Positions 35,367 to 48,324 of a DNA stretch of 64,000 nt are shown here, in pieces. The DNA is from Histomonas meleagridis 2922-C6/04-290x. Taxonomy: Eukaryota > Protista > Parabasalia. The translations under genes and the position numbers were made by a program. Numbering within the stretch: position 1 is the stretch's first letter; every line of letters starts with the position of its first letter. The stretch spans positions 186,001 through 250,000 of the forward strand of contig JAANOX010000047.1 in assembly GCA_020184695.1 (NCBI GenBank). The letters are read 5' to 3'. The notes under the pieces were generated by a model that ran no database searches, had not been told where the DNA came from, and saw only the letters and a program-made list of their open reading frames with translations.

Positions 35367-35684
35367 TATATGTAATAACGGATTTTTTCTTATGAACAAA
35401 TTTTTTTTTCTTTAGTAAAAACGGATTTAAGCAGAATTTTTTGCTGCGGTTATTTTATCGTTCTAACAAAAAGTCGCTGAATTATACAGAAAATCACTTT
35501 TTCATTACCGTCACTTTTTGGTTCTAATCGATTAGTCAGATTAATCAAATTCAATATTGAGAAAGCACGATCAAAACAAATTTGATAACTTCCGGTGGTG
35601 AACAACTTTTTCATTGAGTCACTTTTTGATTTCAATAGGCAAAAAAGTGGCCTCGAACCAAAAAACCGACGGTTTGTATATCTC

Positions 35685-35957
35685 ATGAATCCTCAGGAGT
35701 ATTACATTCCCCCAATATATGGTTTCTTTGCTCAACCTGTTCAAGACCAAATTTCCGGGCAGGTAACATATTATGGAAACGGAACACCGATCTTGCTTCC
35801 AAATAATGTACCACCAACTGTAAATATTATGGTAGTTCAAAGCAGCAAAAAGGTTAAGCACGAAAAATCCACAATTGAGCAAGTTGGAAAAGATGTTGAT
35901 AAATTAGTCGATAACATTTCCAAAGAAACAAATAAGTTCCTCAAGAAATTCTTTTAA
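35685..35957 (+). CDS. Small hypothetical Pro/Tyr/Gln-rich protein
   Basis: 90-aa ATG-started ORF with M3-like GACGGTTT 10 nt upstream; the ORF-track extension starts at a GTG. Confidence 0.55.
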   Translation: MNPQEYYIPPIYGFFAQPVQDQISGQVTYYGNGTPILLPNNVPPTVNIMVVQSSKKVKHEKSTIEQVGKDVDKLVDNISKETNKFLKKFF

Positions 35958-36763
35958 GTAAATCACAATCAATTATTACATTCATCTTAATACTTTTAGC
36001 TTTTTTTGTTTAATGGCTTTGGTTTGATATCATAAAATATTAAAACAGCTGATCGCTTTTAAGAAATGAGTTTGAAGCCTTATTTGTAAGTCTTGTGAGA
36101 ACTTGTAAATATATTCTATTTTCTCGTCATTCATTGTGGAACATAGCAGGCAGTAATTATCAAAGGAGATGGATCTAAATTAATGATATATCGAATTATA
36201 ATACAACACAACACTTTCCCAAAAGAAAACTTTTTTTGATTATGTGCTTTCAGGTATTTTGATATAATAGACATTTCCCAGGCACCAAGTAGTGAACTAC
36301 AAATTGAAGTTAACTAAGATGATATTATGCTTTACACAAGATAAGACTACAGTTATAGTGAAGAAGATAACAATTAAGAATGAAAAAGGAAGTCTTTCAC
36401 AATCAGGTACATGAATTGGCTGCATGTGTAAGCGCAAGATGAAGAATGTAATCGCTCTTATAAGTATTAATATCCGTTTGGCTAATAATACATAGATAAA
36501 GATTCAATCAATAGGGAAATCAATAACACATTAATATCAATTGATACTAACCAAGACTACATAACAATGCACTTGTAGGTAAACAATTATAATGATGTCA
36601 AGTCTTGAAATTAATAAGGAAAAATAATATTAAGATTAGAGTTATTAAAAATATCATCACATATTTAATGTACTTAATCATTAACGATTGAATTTCTTTT
36701 TTAAGGGATGGTTTATTTAATAAAGTTTCCAACCATTGATGAAATGATTCATCCTATTAAATT

Positions 36764-38572
36764 TTATGAGTTTTTTTCTGAAAGTAGTTTAACTATTTCA
36801 GTATGACCATTTATAGAAGCATTTTTAGGTGCTGTTGCAAACAAATTAAATAATTTTCAAATATTATTTTGAAACATAAAATTATTAAAATAAATTTTAA
36901 ATAAAACAAATGAATATTTTTAGCATTAATATCAATTCCTTCTTGTTCAAGAAGTAATTTAACTATTTCTGTATGACCATTTAAAGATGCTAAAATAAGT
37001 GCTGTTCTAAATAATTTAAATAATTTCCAAATATTATTTTGATATATAAAATTATTAAAACAAATTTTAAATAAAACAAATGAATATTTTTAGCATTAAT
37101 ATCAATTCCTTCTTGTTCAAGAAGTAATTTAACTATTTCTATATGACCATTTAAAGATGCTAAAATAAGTGCTGTATTAAATAATTTAAATAATTTCCAA
37201 ATATTATTTTGAATTACCAAATTATTAAAATAAATATCAAATATAACAAATAAATATTTTTAGCATTAATATCAATTCCTTCTTGTTCAAGAAGTAATTT
37301 AACTATTTCTGTTTGACCATTTAAAGATGCCCAAATAAGTACTGTATTAAATAATTTAAACAATTTCCAAATATTATTTTGAATTTCCAAATTATTAAAA
37401 TAAATTTTAAATAAAACAAATAAATATCTTTAGCATTAATATCAATTCCTTCTTGTTCAAGAAGTAATTTAACTATTTCTGTATGACCATTCCAAGATGC
37501 TAACATAAGTGCTGTATTAAATAATTTTAATAATTTCCAAATATTATTTTGAAATTCTAAATTATTAAAATAAATATTAAACAAAACAAATAAACATCTT
37601 TAGCATTAATATCAATTCCTTCTTGTTCAAGAAGTAATTTAACTATTTCTGTATGACCTTCTGAAAATGCCCAAATAAGTGCTGTTTCAAATATTTTAAA
37701 TAATTTCCAAATGTTATTTTGATATATAAAATTATTAAAACAAATTTTAAATAAAACAAATGAATATTTTTAGCATTAATATCAATTCCTTCTTGTTCAA
37801 GAAGTAATTTAACTATTTCTGTATGACCATTCCAAGATGCTCTAATAAGTGCTGTATTAAATAATTTAAATAATTTCCAAATATTACAATTAAACAAAAA
37901 ATTATTTAAATAAATTAAAAACAAAACATATATATATCTTTGGTATTAATATTCACTCCTTCTTGTTTATAAAATAATTTAACTATTTCTATATAACCAT
38001 TTTTAGATGCTATTATAAGTAGTTTTTCAAATATAACGAATAATTTTTTAATATTATTTTAAAACAGTAAATTATTTGAATAAATCTTATTATCAATATC
38101 AATTCCTTCTTGTTTAAGAAGTAATTTGACGATTTCATGATGACCTTTAACAGCTGCATTTTCAATTGCTGTTTGAAATGATCACAATAAATTTTTTATC
38201 ATCAAAGTAAATGTTAAATTATTAAAATAAATATGAAATAATACAAATAAATATCTTTAGCATTAATATCAATTCCTTTTTGCTCAAGAAGTAATTTAAC
38301 GATTTCTATGTTACAATTTTCAGATGCTAATATATAAGTGCTGTATTATATAAATTAAATGATTTTCAAATATTATTCAGAAATACGAAATGGTTTAAAT
38401 AAATAGCAAATAAAACAAATAAATATCTTTAGTATTAATATCAATTCCTTGCTTTATAAAGTATTTAACCAATTGTTTATAATTATTAGTTGATGCCCAT
38501 AAAAAAAACTTTCGTAAAAAATTTAATGAAATTTCAAATAGATATTTAATACATACAATTGTGTATAATAAC
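36764..38572 (-). repeat. Array of 11 ankyrin modules separated by 60/61/80-nt spacers; exact 170-bp period from 38025 to 36835
   Basis: Thr-position codons at 38025, 37855, 37685, 37515, 37345, 37175, 37005 and 36835. Modules read TAL.xAS.NGHTEIVKLLLEQEGIDINAK[DN]; the last ends LLSEKNS* at 36764. Confidence 0.95.
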
Positions 38573-39691
38573 ATCTTTATAATCAATTTTAATTTCTTTT
38601 TGTTTAATGATCCATTTAACTACTATAGGGTTACCATTCTTGAGGAGCTCTTCAAGAAGTTTTTTATCGATTATTTTACCTTTATAAAAACTATATATAA
38701 ATGGAAGATTGTTAAATGTTATTGCTGCTGTATGTAATGAAAGATTTGTTTTTGATAAACCTTCACTCTCTAAAAATGATAAAATCTCATAATTAATGTA
38801 TTTTAGACAATATATGCCTAATACATTTAAATCTTTGTTGATAATTAATTTTTTCATTTCTTCAATTTTGAGAAGTTTTTCATCATAAAAATAATGAAAA
38901 ATTTCATTTCGATGAAATTCAATCGCTGTTTCTAATACAGGGCAATACTCTGAATTATGTTGTAGACATAAATGAACAATTTCTAAATTTCCACCTGAAA
39001 TTGCATATTTTAATGTGTGTTGTGAAACATTTGAATCATTCATTATTAAAAATTTAAAACAATTAATTGATCCAAAAAATGCACATAAATCAATCAACAA
39101 AATATTTTCTTTTTGTTCATATATAAAAGAATATTTTTCGTAGAGTGGTCGATCAACTATTTGATTAACATAAAAACCATTTTGTGATGCCATTTCTTGT
39201 AATTCTTCTAAATTATCATTTCGTAGAATGTTTAAGAGATGATTTTCTTCTTTAGATTCATAGCTTGTTTTATTTATAATGTTTTCAACATAATAAACTA
39301 GTTTTGAAGGTATCATTTCATGTTTATTCATTTCTTTAAGAAGGCATTTTGCTTGATATGTATTCATTTGATAGAGATAAATGGTTAATAATTGAAGTAA
39401 TTTTGAATGATTTAAATTTTTCGAGTTTGATAATAAATTTAAAAATAAAATGTACAGAATTGCATCTATATTTCGTGTGAAATACGACATATAAGTAAAC
39501 TGTGTAATATAAAATTCATAAAACAAAGAACAGCTTGGCTGAACTTCCATAATTTTTGATACTTTCTGAGCTGTTGACTCGAGATTATTTTGGTTTAATC
39601 TTAAAAATAATTTTTCAATTTCAATGATTTCATCTGATACAAAGTGTAAGGCTGATAAGCTTGGTGGTGGTGGTGGTAGAGGAATATCCAT
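38546..39691 (-). CDS. DUF3447 domain protein (5' part of the ankyrin gene)
   Basis: LIDLCAFFGSINCFKFL, YAISGGNLEIVHLC and AIEFHRNEIF motifs; the ORF runs into the first spacer after IDYKD and stops. Confidence 0.9.
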   Translation of the reverse strand: MDIPLPPPPPSLSALHFVSDEIIEIEKLFLRLNQNNLESTAQKVSKIMEVQPSCSLFYEFYITQFTYMSYFTRNIDAILYILFLNLLSNSKNLNHSKLLQLLTIYLYQMNTYQAKCLLKEMNKHEMIPSKLVYYVENIINKTSYESKEENHLLNILRNDNLEELQEMASQNGFYVNQIVDRPLYEKYSFIYEQKENILLIDLCAFFGSINCFKFLIMNDSNVSQHTLKYAISGGNLEIVHLCLQHNSEYCPVLETAIEFHRNEIFHYFYDEKLLKIEEMKKLIINKDLNVLGIYCLKYINYEILSFLESEGLSKTNLSLHTAAITFNNLPFIYSFYKGKIIDKKLLEELLKNGNPIVVKWIIKQKEIKIDYKDVIIHNCMY

Positions 39692-42515
39692 GAAAATAAA
39701 ATTGATTCACAATTTTGACACAACACACAGAATATTTTGACTAAATTCTATCAATATTTCTATAATTTATCCGCGGATATTCCTTGTATATTCCTTGATG
39801 ATTTGATACGCACTCTCAAATTTATTGTTGTAAATTATTGGCAGCATAATTCAAAGAAAATGAAAAATGTCATTTTGTTATTGTACAATTATTTAAACAC
39901 AATAATGATAATGTTATATTAATAGTTCGCTAAACACATCTGAATTAATAATTGAATTTTATTTCGAAAATGTATTTGATATAGAAAACTTATTCGTTTT
40001 ACTAAATAAATATGATTGTGTTAATGTATGTGTTGAGTAAATATATAATCACCTGCCCTTTTCATTCATTCATCTCCGATATCATCTAATAAATTAACAT
40101 TTATAAGTTTTTTAAGTGCAAGATAAATTATTTGTACATTTTTACTTTGTAATAACCCACATGAAAGATTCTCGAAAAATCCTGCATTAAGATCATATGG
40201 GAAAACTTCATTTCAGATCAATTTATTATCAGATCCTATTAGTGAAACAATCGCAGATTGTAAAAATGAAAATTTGATATTTAAAGATAATTCTTTATCA
40301 TATAATATATATAATGCCATTAAAACGCTTATCAATTGATTAGTCATATCTTTTTCAAGATTAATTTGCATGTTAAGAAATGATTAATTGTCAATATAAA
40401 ATCTTTTGTTTCATCAAGTCGAAAAGAATCAACGTTTTCACATAAAACGTGTGTCTTTTGTGTTTCTCTTTCATGTTGTGTTTTTTGATTAAAATTCAAT
40501 TCTTGATTATCATCGAAACGAATGTTATTATTATATGAAATAAATGAATCGCCATAAATATTTGGAATACGATCACATTAGAAATCAGAAACAATAATGT
40601 TACTTTTATAAGTACTTATTATTTGTATTTATATTTTGTAAATTGTATTTGCATTTATTGTAAATATATTTTGTTATTGTATCACTACCTGAATAAAAAA
40701 TATTACCATTAAAATTAATATTTTTTATTCTATTTCAAAGGTAACATTAATATTATTTTCAATATCATTTATTATTTTTTGAGTTCCAATCATTTTCCCA
40801 GACGGTATTTCTATATTAATATTATTTATTTTTATAGAAATGTATTAAATTTTTATTGTGCTATATATAATAATAATGATTCCAATCACCTTATTGAATT
40901 TTATATAAAATTTTGTTCTATTTGATTAAATACTTTATTTGAAAATTTATTATTATTAAAATAATTTATATAATAATTAGTAAAAGGTCTTGTTGTTTTT
41001 ACTATTTCATCTATTGGGATATAAACATTTTGTTTAGAAATATAACGAATTAAGGTTTGAATATATAACTTAAATAAAAATATATTATTAGATTTCAAAC
41101 AAACAATTTTTAATTCGATGACATCTTCGAATTTTATTGATTCCTCAGAATTAAGTTCTACTTCCTGAATTGTTTAATAATTTTTTGGTTTATGGAGGCG
41201 ATAAAGTTTACAATGTGGAGTAAATGATGCTTTAACATATTTATTGTAAATGAATTCATTAAAATTTAAATATTTTCCTTCTTCATTTTGAAATGAAGGT
41301 ATATCATGCAAATCAGATCCATCTAAAACAATTATCGCAAAAACAAGGACAAGATAATACTCAAAAAAAACATTGAAAATTGTTAATATAATTTCTTTAG
41401 TTAATTTTTTAATTAACAAATTAGAATTCTGATTTAATATGTTTATATATCCATAAATAATTTGTGGGAATGTTGGAATTATTGAATGCATTTGATACTG
41501 TGCAATTAACATAAAATACTATGTAATTAGCATGGAATACTTTGGAGATCTTCATTTGTGATATATGAGGATTTATAAAAATTTATTTATGTACTAATGC
41601 TACTAAATCCTAAATATTAACGTCAAGCAAACTTTTGCAAAATATAAATTTATAGAAACACAACAAAATACGAGAATTATACTCAAAATTTAAAGTTTAG
41701 AATATTAATGATTATATTATTTTATTTATATTAATTAATAAATTGAAACCTAATTAAATTCCAAAGATCATCAAAATAATTAACCAAATTTTTTCGAAAA
41801 CACCACTCATGAATGTATAATAGATATGAATCTCGATTTATGATATTCTTTGATCGAAGCCATTGTTTAAGATGGTGCCAAACGCACTCAATCATTTGTG
41901 TATGAACATGAGTATCTGGATTAACAAAATTGTATTTATGATTTACTGTATAATGAAAAAAGCCTTGCTCATTGAGGTTTCTATAAGCTGCCCATTGATC
42001 TGTGTGTATATGTGTATTAATTTTTACATATTTTTCAATAATCGGAAATAATGTATTTGCATTTCTTTTCTCAACTAAATCAATAAATACTCGACCTGTT
42101 ACAGAATCTATTCATCCAAAGAACCACATCTGTGATAAACTTAAATTTCTTCCCACATTATATTTGGCCTTGGAGATCAATGTTTCATCTATCTGAACAT
42201 TGCCCCAAAGGCCACCTAGTGGGTTATGAGATACGTGGTCCAACCCACCAAAGGAATTGTAAAGTAAAAAAGAACATGCAATATCTCACCTAGTACCTCA
42301 GTATGTTAGATAGTTATGTTGATATCATAGATGACAACGTTGGTTTGAAAGATAATGAATCGCAATTTGTCTATTTTTTTTTATTTATTCTTCAACTCTC
42401 AATTCATATTCTAATTCTGTTTATAAAAAGCATTATTCCTGTTATCGTGTCTTTGTTACTCAAACGAGTAAAAACATGCTTGATTTTCCCGATTTATAAT
42501 TTAAACGGTCGTTTA

Positions 42516-44509
42516 TTATTCGTTTCTGGTAGGTGTGGTTGTATCAAAAAACAAATTGTCTTCCAACCTTACTGATTGTTGTTCTTTGGTATCCTCATCT
42601 CCAAGGTCTGCATCATTTATAGGCTCATGTTCGCAAAATGAAATGAGTCTGGCTAAGATTGTACGATTGCTGATTAGACTTCCTTGGTAGGTTTCTACCA
42701 ACCTAACACCTGTCGCCTTCCACTGAGCGTGAATTCTATTCAACCACATCACAAACTCTGCCAGGTCAGGGCATAACTCAATAGCAGTTTCAAATGGTAT
42801 ATCTTCACTTCCAGCTTGTCTCTCCATGACGACATTAACAGCCTCAAACACTTGTTCCATAGTTAGCTCTTGGAGTGACTCCTCAAATACATTGCCCTGC
42901 TCTTCAGTAAGTTTCACTCCACCTACATTCATCCTGGTTCTTATGTTGATCTTTCGACCTATCTCAGTTGTCAAATCATTCATTAAGGTGAGACGTGAAA
43001 ATGCACTCATAATCTTTTTCCCAGCTGTGTTTGTTATGACACATAATACGTATTAAACCAAACTGACATTCAACATTATGTGTTCCCAATCTTTCCAGAC
43101 ACAGATCATCAGACCTTGCTCTTAACTCTCTCAAAACACCAATCAATATGTTCATAATTCGAATGCATTGATTGAGTGAACAACAATATTGCGTACCATG
43201 ACCACGTTTCACTTGTTGTACATTTGGTGTTAGCCTGTCTAAGTTTTTTGCATGATATGCAAAAATATCAAGTGAAGAACAAAGATAATCCAGTCGTGTT
43301 TGAGGTGACAGCGATGAATTACGAATAGCATGTGACCATAGAGCATACGGAAGTATGTAAAAACGCTATGTTAATGTGGCTAGGATGTAACAATGTGAAG
43401 AAGTTTTCCATAGTAAAGATCTTCAAACAATAATGATCCTTCATCCTTCCCTTTGGTGACGTGTCTGTTAATGGAGCTCCAAGCTGTAGTACTTTTTCCA
43501 TATCAAGCGCGGTGAAGGCTAGCTTACCGTCTGTACATATTGAGATTTGTCCATTCAATATCCTGCTTCTAGCATTTTTCAATAGATGTAAGAAGTCGCC
43601 AATTATCAATCTATCATTCTGCAGAATCCCAAGTGCATCTTCAATTTACTTATTTCTAAAAATAGGTCACCACTTGTTGAACTGTTCGCGATGAATTATA
43701 GAGTATCCAGAATCACCGTCACTTGCTATACAGCGAACATTGAAACCATTTGCATCTAAAAAATCAGCAAGATATCTTAGCCGAATTCTGACATCTTCAT
43801 CTGCATTGCCCTTCTTGTATGGTAACACATATAAAGGAAGACATTTATACTTGCATGATAAAGGTTGTAAATGTATTAAAAATGCATTATTGTCCCCTCT
43901 CTTTGCATCATAAATTTCTTTTGTAACAGGTTCCATTGACATAGCATCTATACCCAAAACAATATCCACTTTTTCAGAATACTGAATGTTATGTCTTTTT
44001 CTAAATAGGTTGATAATGCGGATTGTTTCCGAACACTTGGTTAAACACTCCTTCCACGAATTTTGAATTTGGCTAAAGTGATTGTACAGCGTCTGTTATC
44101 ATGGCAATGTTATGACGGAGCGAAGATAGTCATAACACTAACTTCCGAGAGTTCTTAATATCAAACAAAATATAATTACATTGGGACTCCATTGCCGAGA
44201 TTTAGGAAAACGATTGGAATTGTTCTGTGATTCAAATGATAATTGTTCCCCAAAAGGTATGGGTTTGTTTACGGGCTCGTCAACCGATTTTAATTTCCTC
44301 AAATATTCTTCATAGAACTCCCTTTGACCCTTAAAAGATCTTGATGGAAGTAATGTGGGATCATGATCTTCTATTATTTTCTCGAGTATCTGGGTTCTTT
44401 TCTTGTAGTACCCCAGTGATTGTTCAAGATTAGATATATCTCTTTTAAGCCTACCAATTTGCCTGGAAAGGGTTGCTTTCTCTGTTTTTTTGCTCATTAA
44501 ATTTGTCAA
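42516..44509 (-). mobile_element. Decayed P-element/THAP9-like DDE transposase
   Basis: Consecutive fragments W-SPNVIIFCLILRTLGS*CYDYLRSVITLP, IVLGIDAM, CIASDGD, GDFLHLLKNARS, LGTHNVECQFGLIR; in-frame stops and two frameshifts; higher GC than flanks. Confidence 0.6.
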
Positions 44510-45206
44510 AATTGATTTAACATGATCGTTATGAATTGAAAAACTTATCGTTCATACGTTAAGAAGCAGTGAAAAGAAAAGCTTTTGCACTCATCTCCTT
44601 CACTTGCCACTACGCTTATAACATATAAAAGATCAAAGAGTGATGGTGTATCATTATATGTAATTTTATTGCATAAAAAGCACAGTGTTTGATTGTTAAT
44701 TTTTATTACCGTGAATTGACCTTCCTAGAATATATAAACAGGAAACCTCACACTTATGCTAAAAGATATCCAATTGCATGCAATTAATTATAAAAAATAT
44801 AGAAGTTTTTAGTTTTTACATATTAGAAAGCATGATGAAATGATTTTGTTATTAGTTTTCTTGATATTGGACGTTGAAAACATTTCAACATTGATATATA
44901 GTTTAGACTTAGGTTTATAGTTTACGTTAATAAGTGTGGCTAAGCGATTTGTAGTGGTACATCTTTCTCTATAAGTAAATCAAGTTGATCTATTGATTTT
45001 TCATGAAAGGAGAGAAAGAATCATGTTGATGCTCGATATATAGAATGACTAGCTACATAGAAATGTTGTTCTTACAGATAATTGAAAATGAACATTTTGA
45101 GATTACAGATGCGCATCTGCCAGCATGGAATGATCAAAATTTTAAATTCGATTTTTTGAATTATTTATACTCTACACATAATAGAAGCAATGTCACTAAA
45201 TTTTTA

Positions 45207-45600
45207 CTATACACCTATGGATCGTTTTCGAGATATTTTCGTTTTAAATTTTCTTGGACCACTTATGTTATGAGTTACATCATTATAATATGCAATCTCG
45301 AATAAATTTCGAAATTTTTTAAAATAATCATAAATAGTATCAATTTCAAGCACAGATGGATGAACCATCTTTGCCATTGATGGCGTCATATCGAGCGCCC
45401 AAAAAGCATATAATAAAATAGCTGTTTTTAAATCGGATTTGAAATTTTCAATTGTTTTTGTTCTTATCGATGATTTGTGCCTATGAATACCTTTACACAT
45501 GAATATGGCACCATCGGGATAAGATTTACTGAAACAACAATTAGTTTCAGATCCACAAATTGAGCAAATATAATGTTCATTAATATTGAGTATAAATCGA
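45207..45600 (-). mobile_element. N-terminal fragment of a Merlin/ISXO2-like transposase
   Basis: CSICG...DGAIFMC...H..SIRTKT...ILLYAFW...TIYDYF..FR...ISGP; the catalytic VEIDE motif is missing. Confidence 0.5.
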
Positions 45601-47184
45601 TTGTTTGAAAGCCATTGAATAAATATTCAATCTGTCCATTATAACCCAGCTCGACCGGATTCTTTCCATAAATACTGATAACATTTGGCCCATTCGGCTT
45701 TGATTCCGTACGAGTGGAATATGTTATGATGTTGGATTTTTACAGAATTTCCGAACGCCGTATTTCACTCAATTAAACACATTTACACAAATAAGTATAT
45801 TCACGAAATCCAATGAATTTACTAAATCGAATACATTTGCAAAATTCATTTTCTATTGTAATGTAATATAAATTCAAGAGTTTCAACAATCTTCCTTTTG
45901 AATTCATATACGCCATCGTTTGTTGACCAAGAATAACTTTCATATTATGAGAATAACTACCAAATTTTATAACGTTTATAGTTTATCTTATGGGTGTTAT
46001 GAAATAAGCAAAAATTTGGTCTTAATACTTTGTACATGTACACCAATTGTACAATTTTTAATAGCAATTATCAGTTGTAGTCATTTTGGTATTATGTGCA
46101 AGGAAAAATAAATTAAAAGCAAAACAATTCTCAGCTTTATTCTGGTGAGTAAGAGTAAAAAAAAAACTTTAACTAAATATTTTCTTCTTAAATTTTAATT
46201 ACACACGAGAAAGATTCATTTTTGATTCAGATAATTTGAAACGTATGTACACTGTATCATTTACCTCACCCATATAAGTAATCTATTTCATTAAAATTTT
46301 CATATGAAAACGCTTTATAAAGCCAACCAACGAATTACACATCTGCTGTTACAAAAAAATTATAAACATTAAAATCAAGTTGCTTAATGTTTTGAATCCT
46401 ATTAATGTTATCCCTAAAGAGATATAAAATATAATCTATCTAAAAAGAAAATATGGAAATGTTTTGGGTAACTTTCATATGGCTGTTTGAAAAACAATGA
46501 ATTTAAATGTAATTTGATCGTTATTATTTTTTTACCAACAAACTAATTACATCTTTTCTGCTGACCAATAATATGACAAAATTTCCATAAAAATTAATGC
46601 AACTTAATCACCTCAAATAAATTCATTACGTTAAACAATATTATTCAGTGACCATCAATTATTGGAATTTCTGTTAAAACTATTGACACCAATATTTTCG
46701 GCTACAAGAACATCATGTAGTTGGTCTAAAGCAAAACTATTTATAAACAGAAACGGTTTACTCATTCTTTTGTTTTTTTGATTTGTCTTCCTTTGTGTTT
46801 TCATCTTCCTTACCATCAAGGAAGTAATTCAAGAAAATAAGGATAAAAATTATTGTACCTAGGATGGTACAAGCGATATATAAGTTTTCCATTTGCCCCA
46901 TGACCAATAAACAAGAAATGTCACTTTTTACTTACATCACACTTTCAATAGTTAAATGTTCGTGTCTAAAGAGTATTAATCGAAATATTAGTATGATTTA
47001 TGAAACATATCTAAAATTCAGGGATAACAATCTTTTTTAAGCTAAAGTAAAGAATATTCAAAAGTAAAATTTTTTCGAATGTGCAAAATATAATCATTTG
47101 ATTATTTCCAAATCACAGTAAAAAAACATACCTTGATCAAAAGGAACATATGAAACGAAGTGAATAAAAGAAAATAAAAAATAT

Positions 47185-47892
47185 TTAATCATTTTTATTA
47201 TTCATTTTATTATTTTTGTGATGAATTTTCAAATAAATTTGATCAATAATTTGAACAAAAAGATAAATACAAATAGGAAGAGAACGAAGTGCACAACTCA
47301 TAAGTTCCGGTTCATTCCGAAGAAGAACAATCGTACTGAGTTTAAATAATTTGTGAAATGGCGCACTTTCAATGAATTTTTCATTAAGTGTATAATGAAT
47401 TCGCCAAATTAAATATTTAACAACAAATACCAAGTGAAATGTAAAAGTGAATAATGTAGAAAGAAGAAAAATAATATAAAAGATAAAATTACGTTTCGTA
47501 ATGAAACTTAAATTAAGATATGAATATTGTGTTGATTCATTATTTTCATATGTTGGTGGTATAATAATGGTTAAAAGAAAGAATATCATAGAAATTGGAA
47601 CACAAATAATAGATATTTTCGTAACAAGATCTTCATATGTTGTTAATTGACTTAAAACTCGATTAACAATATCGAAATAAACATAGGTATTCCAAATATA
47701 AAGAATTAAATATGTTAATGGTGGAATAAGAGAAAATCCAACAATATTAAAGATACTAAGGAATTTTTTGTTAAGTTTTCCTAAAAAAGTATTTCGGTGT
47801 GAATATGAACCTGAAAATCCGATAATATAAACTAAAAGAATATAAAATAATATCAGAATGTTAAGTATTACATTTTTTGTTTCATCATTCAT
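47185..47892 (-). CDS. Multi-pass membrane protein, copy 2
   Basis: 235 aa, a handful of substitutions relative to 26689-27396. Confidence 0.7.
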   Translation of the reverse strand: MNDETKNVILNILILFYILLVYIIGFSGSYSHRNTFLGKLNKKFLSIFNIVGFSLIPPLTYLILYIWNTYVYFDIVNRVLSQLTTYEDLVTKISIICVPISMIFFLLTIIIPPTYENNESTQYSYLNLSFITKRNFIFYIIFLLSTLFTFTFHLVFVVKYLIWRIHYTLNEKFIESAPFHKLFKLSTIVLLRNEPELMSCALRSLPICIYLFVQIIDQIYLKIHHKNNKMNNKND

Positions 47893-48324
47893 TCTTTATT
47901 TCCTTTGAACAATGAGAAAATTCTTTGTTGATATTGGTTTAATGTAACCGTTTATTTGCATTATATAATGATTAAAATGTATTGAATTTTTATTTTTGAT
48001 TACTTTACATATTTCACACAAATAAAAAACAAAAAACTAAAATGATCCTGCTGTTAAAACATTCTGTTTGTTTAGTCATTTGGGAAACCAAATGAATTAA
48101 GGCTTAATTTAAAATTTAGTAAAAAATTAATTTTAATTTTTTTTAATCATTGCGTTGTATTAAGTCATTTTTTTCTTACACTCTCCTGCGAGCATATCCA
48201 GACATGGCTAGAATTTTTTTTTGTGATGGATACGATGAATAATTAAGCTGACTTCATACACTTAATATTAATATTAACACCCCCAATTCAGGGCACCCTA
48301 AAAAAAGAAAATTTTCAAAATTTT

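Noticed and set aside
36835-38025. CRISPR-like repeat/spacer array
   Set aside because: Eukaryotic context, the repeats encode ankyrin, the spacers are homologous to each other, and there are no cas genes.
38512-38572. Canonical spliceosomal intron (GTATGT at 38551-38556 on minus; spacer begins GT, with an AG 3 nt past its end)
   Set aside because: No ACTAAC branch motif, and homologous spacers mostly lack these dinucleotides, so it cannot explain the family.
36836-38572. Spacers as coding transmembrane inserts (IYLFYLKFILII...)
   Set aside because: 80 nt is not a multiple of 3, several spacers contain stops, and the hydrophobic translation simply reflects T-richness.
39950-41520. Coding-like fragments between the DUF3447 gene and the transposase
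   Set aside because: Heavily interrupted and unassignable by eye.
41973-44750. 9-bp inverted match TGAGGTTTC/GAAACCTCA as TIRs of the P-like element
   Set aside because: Too short, does not extend, and no target-site duplication was found.
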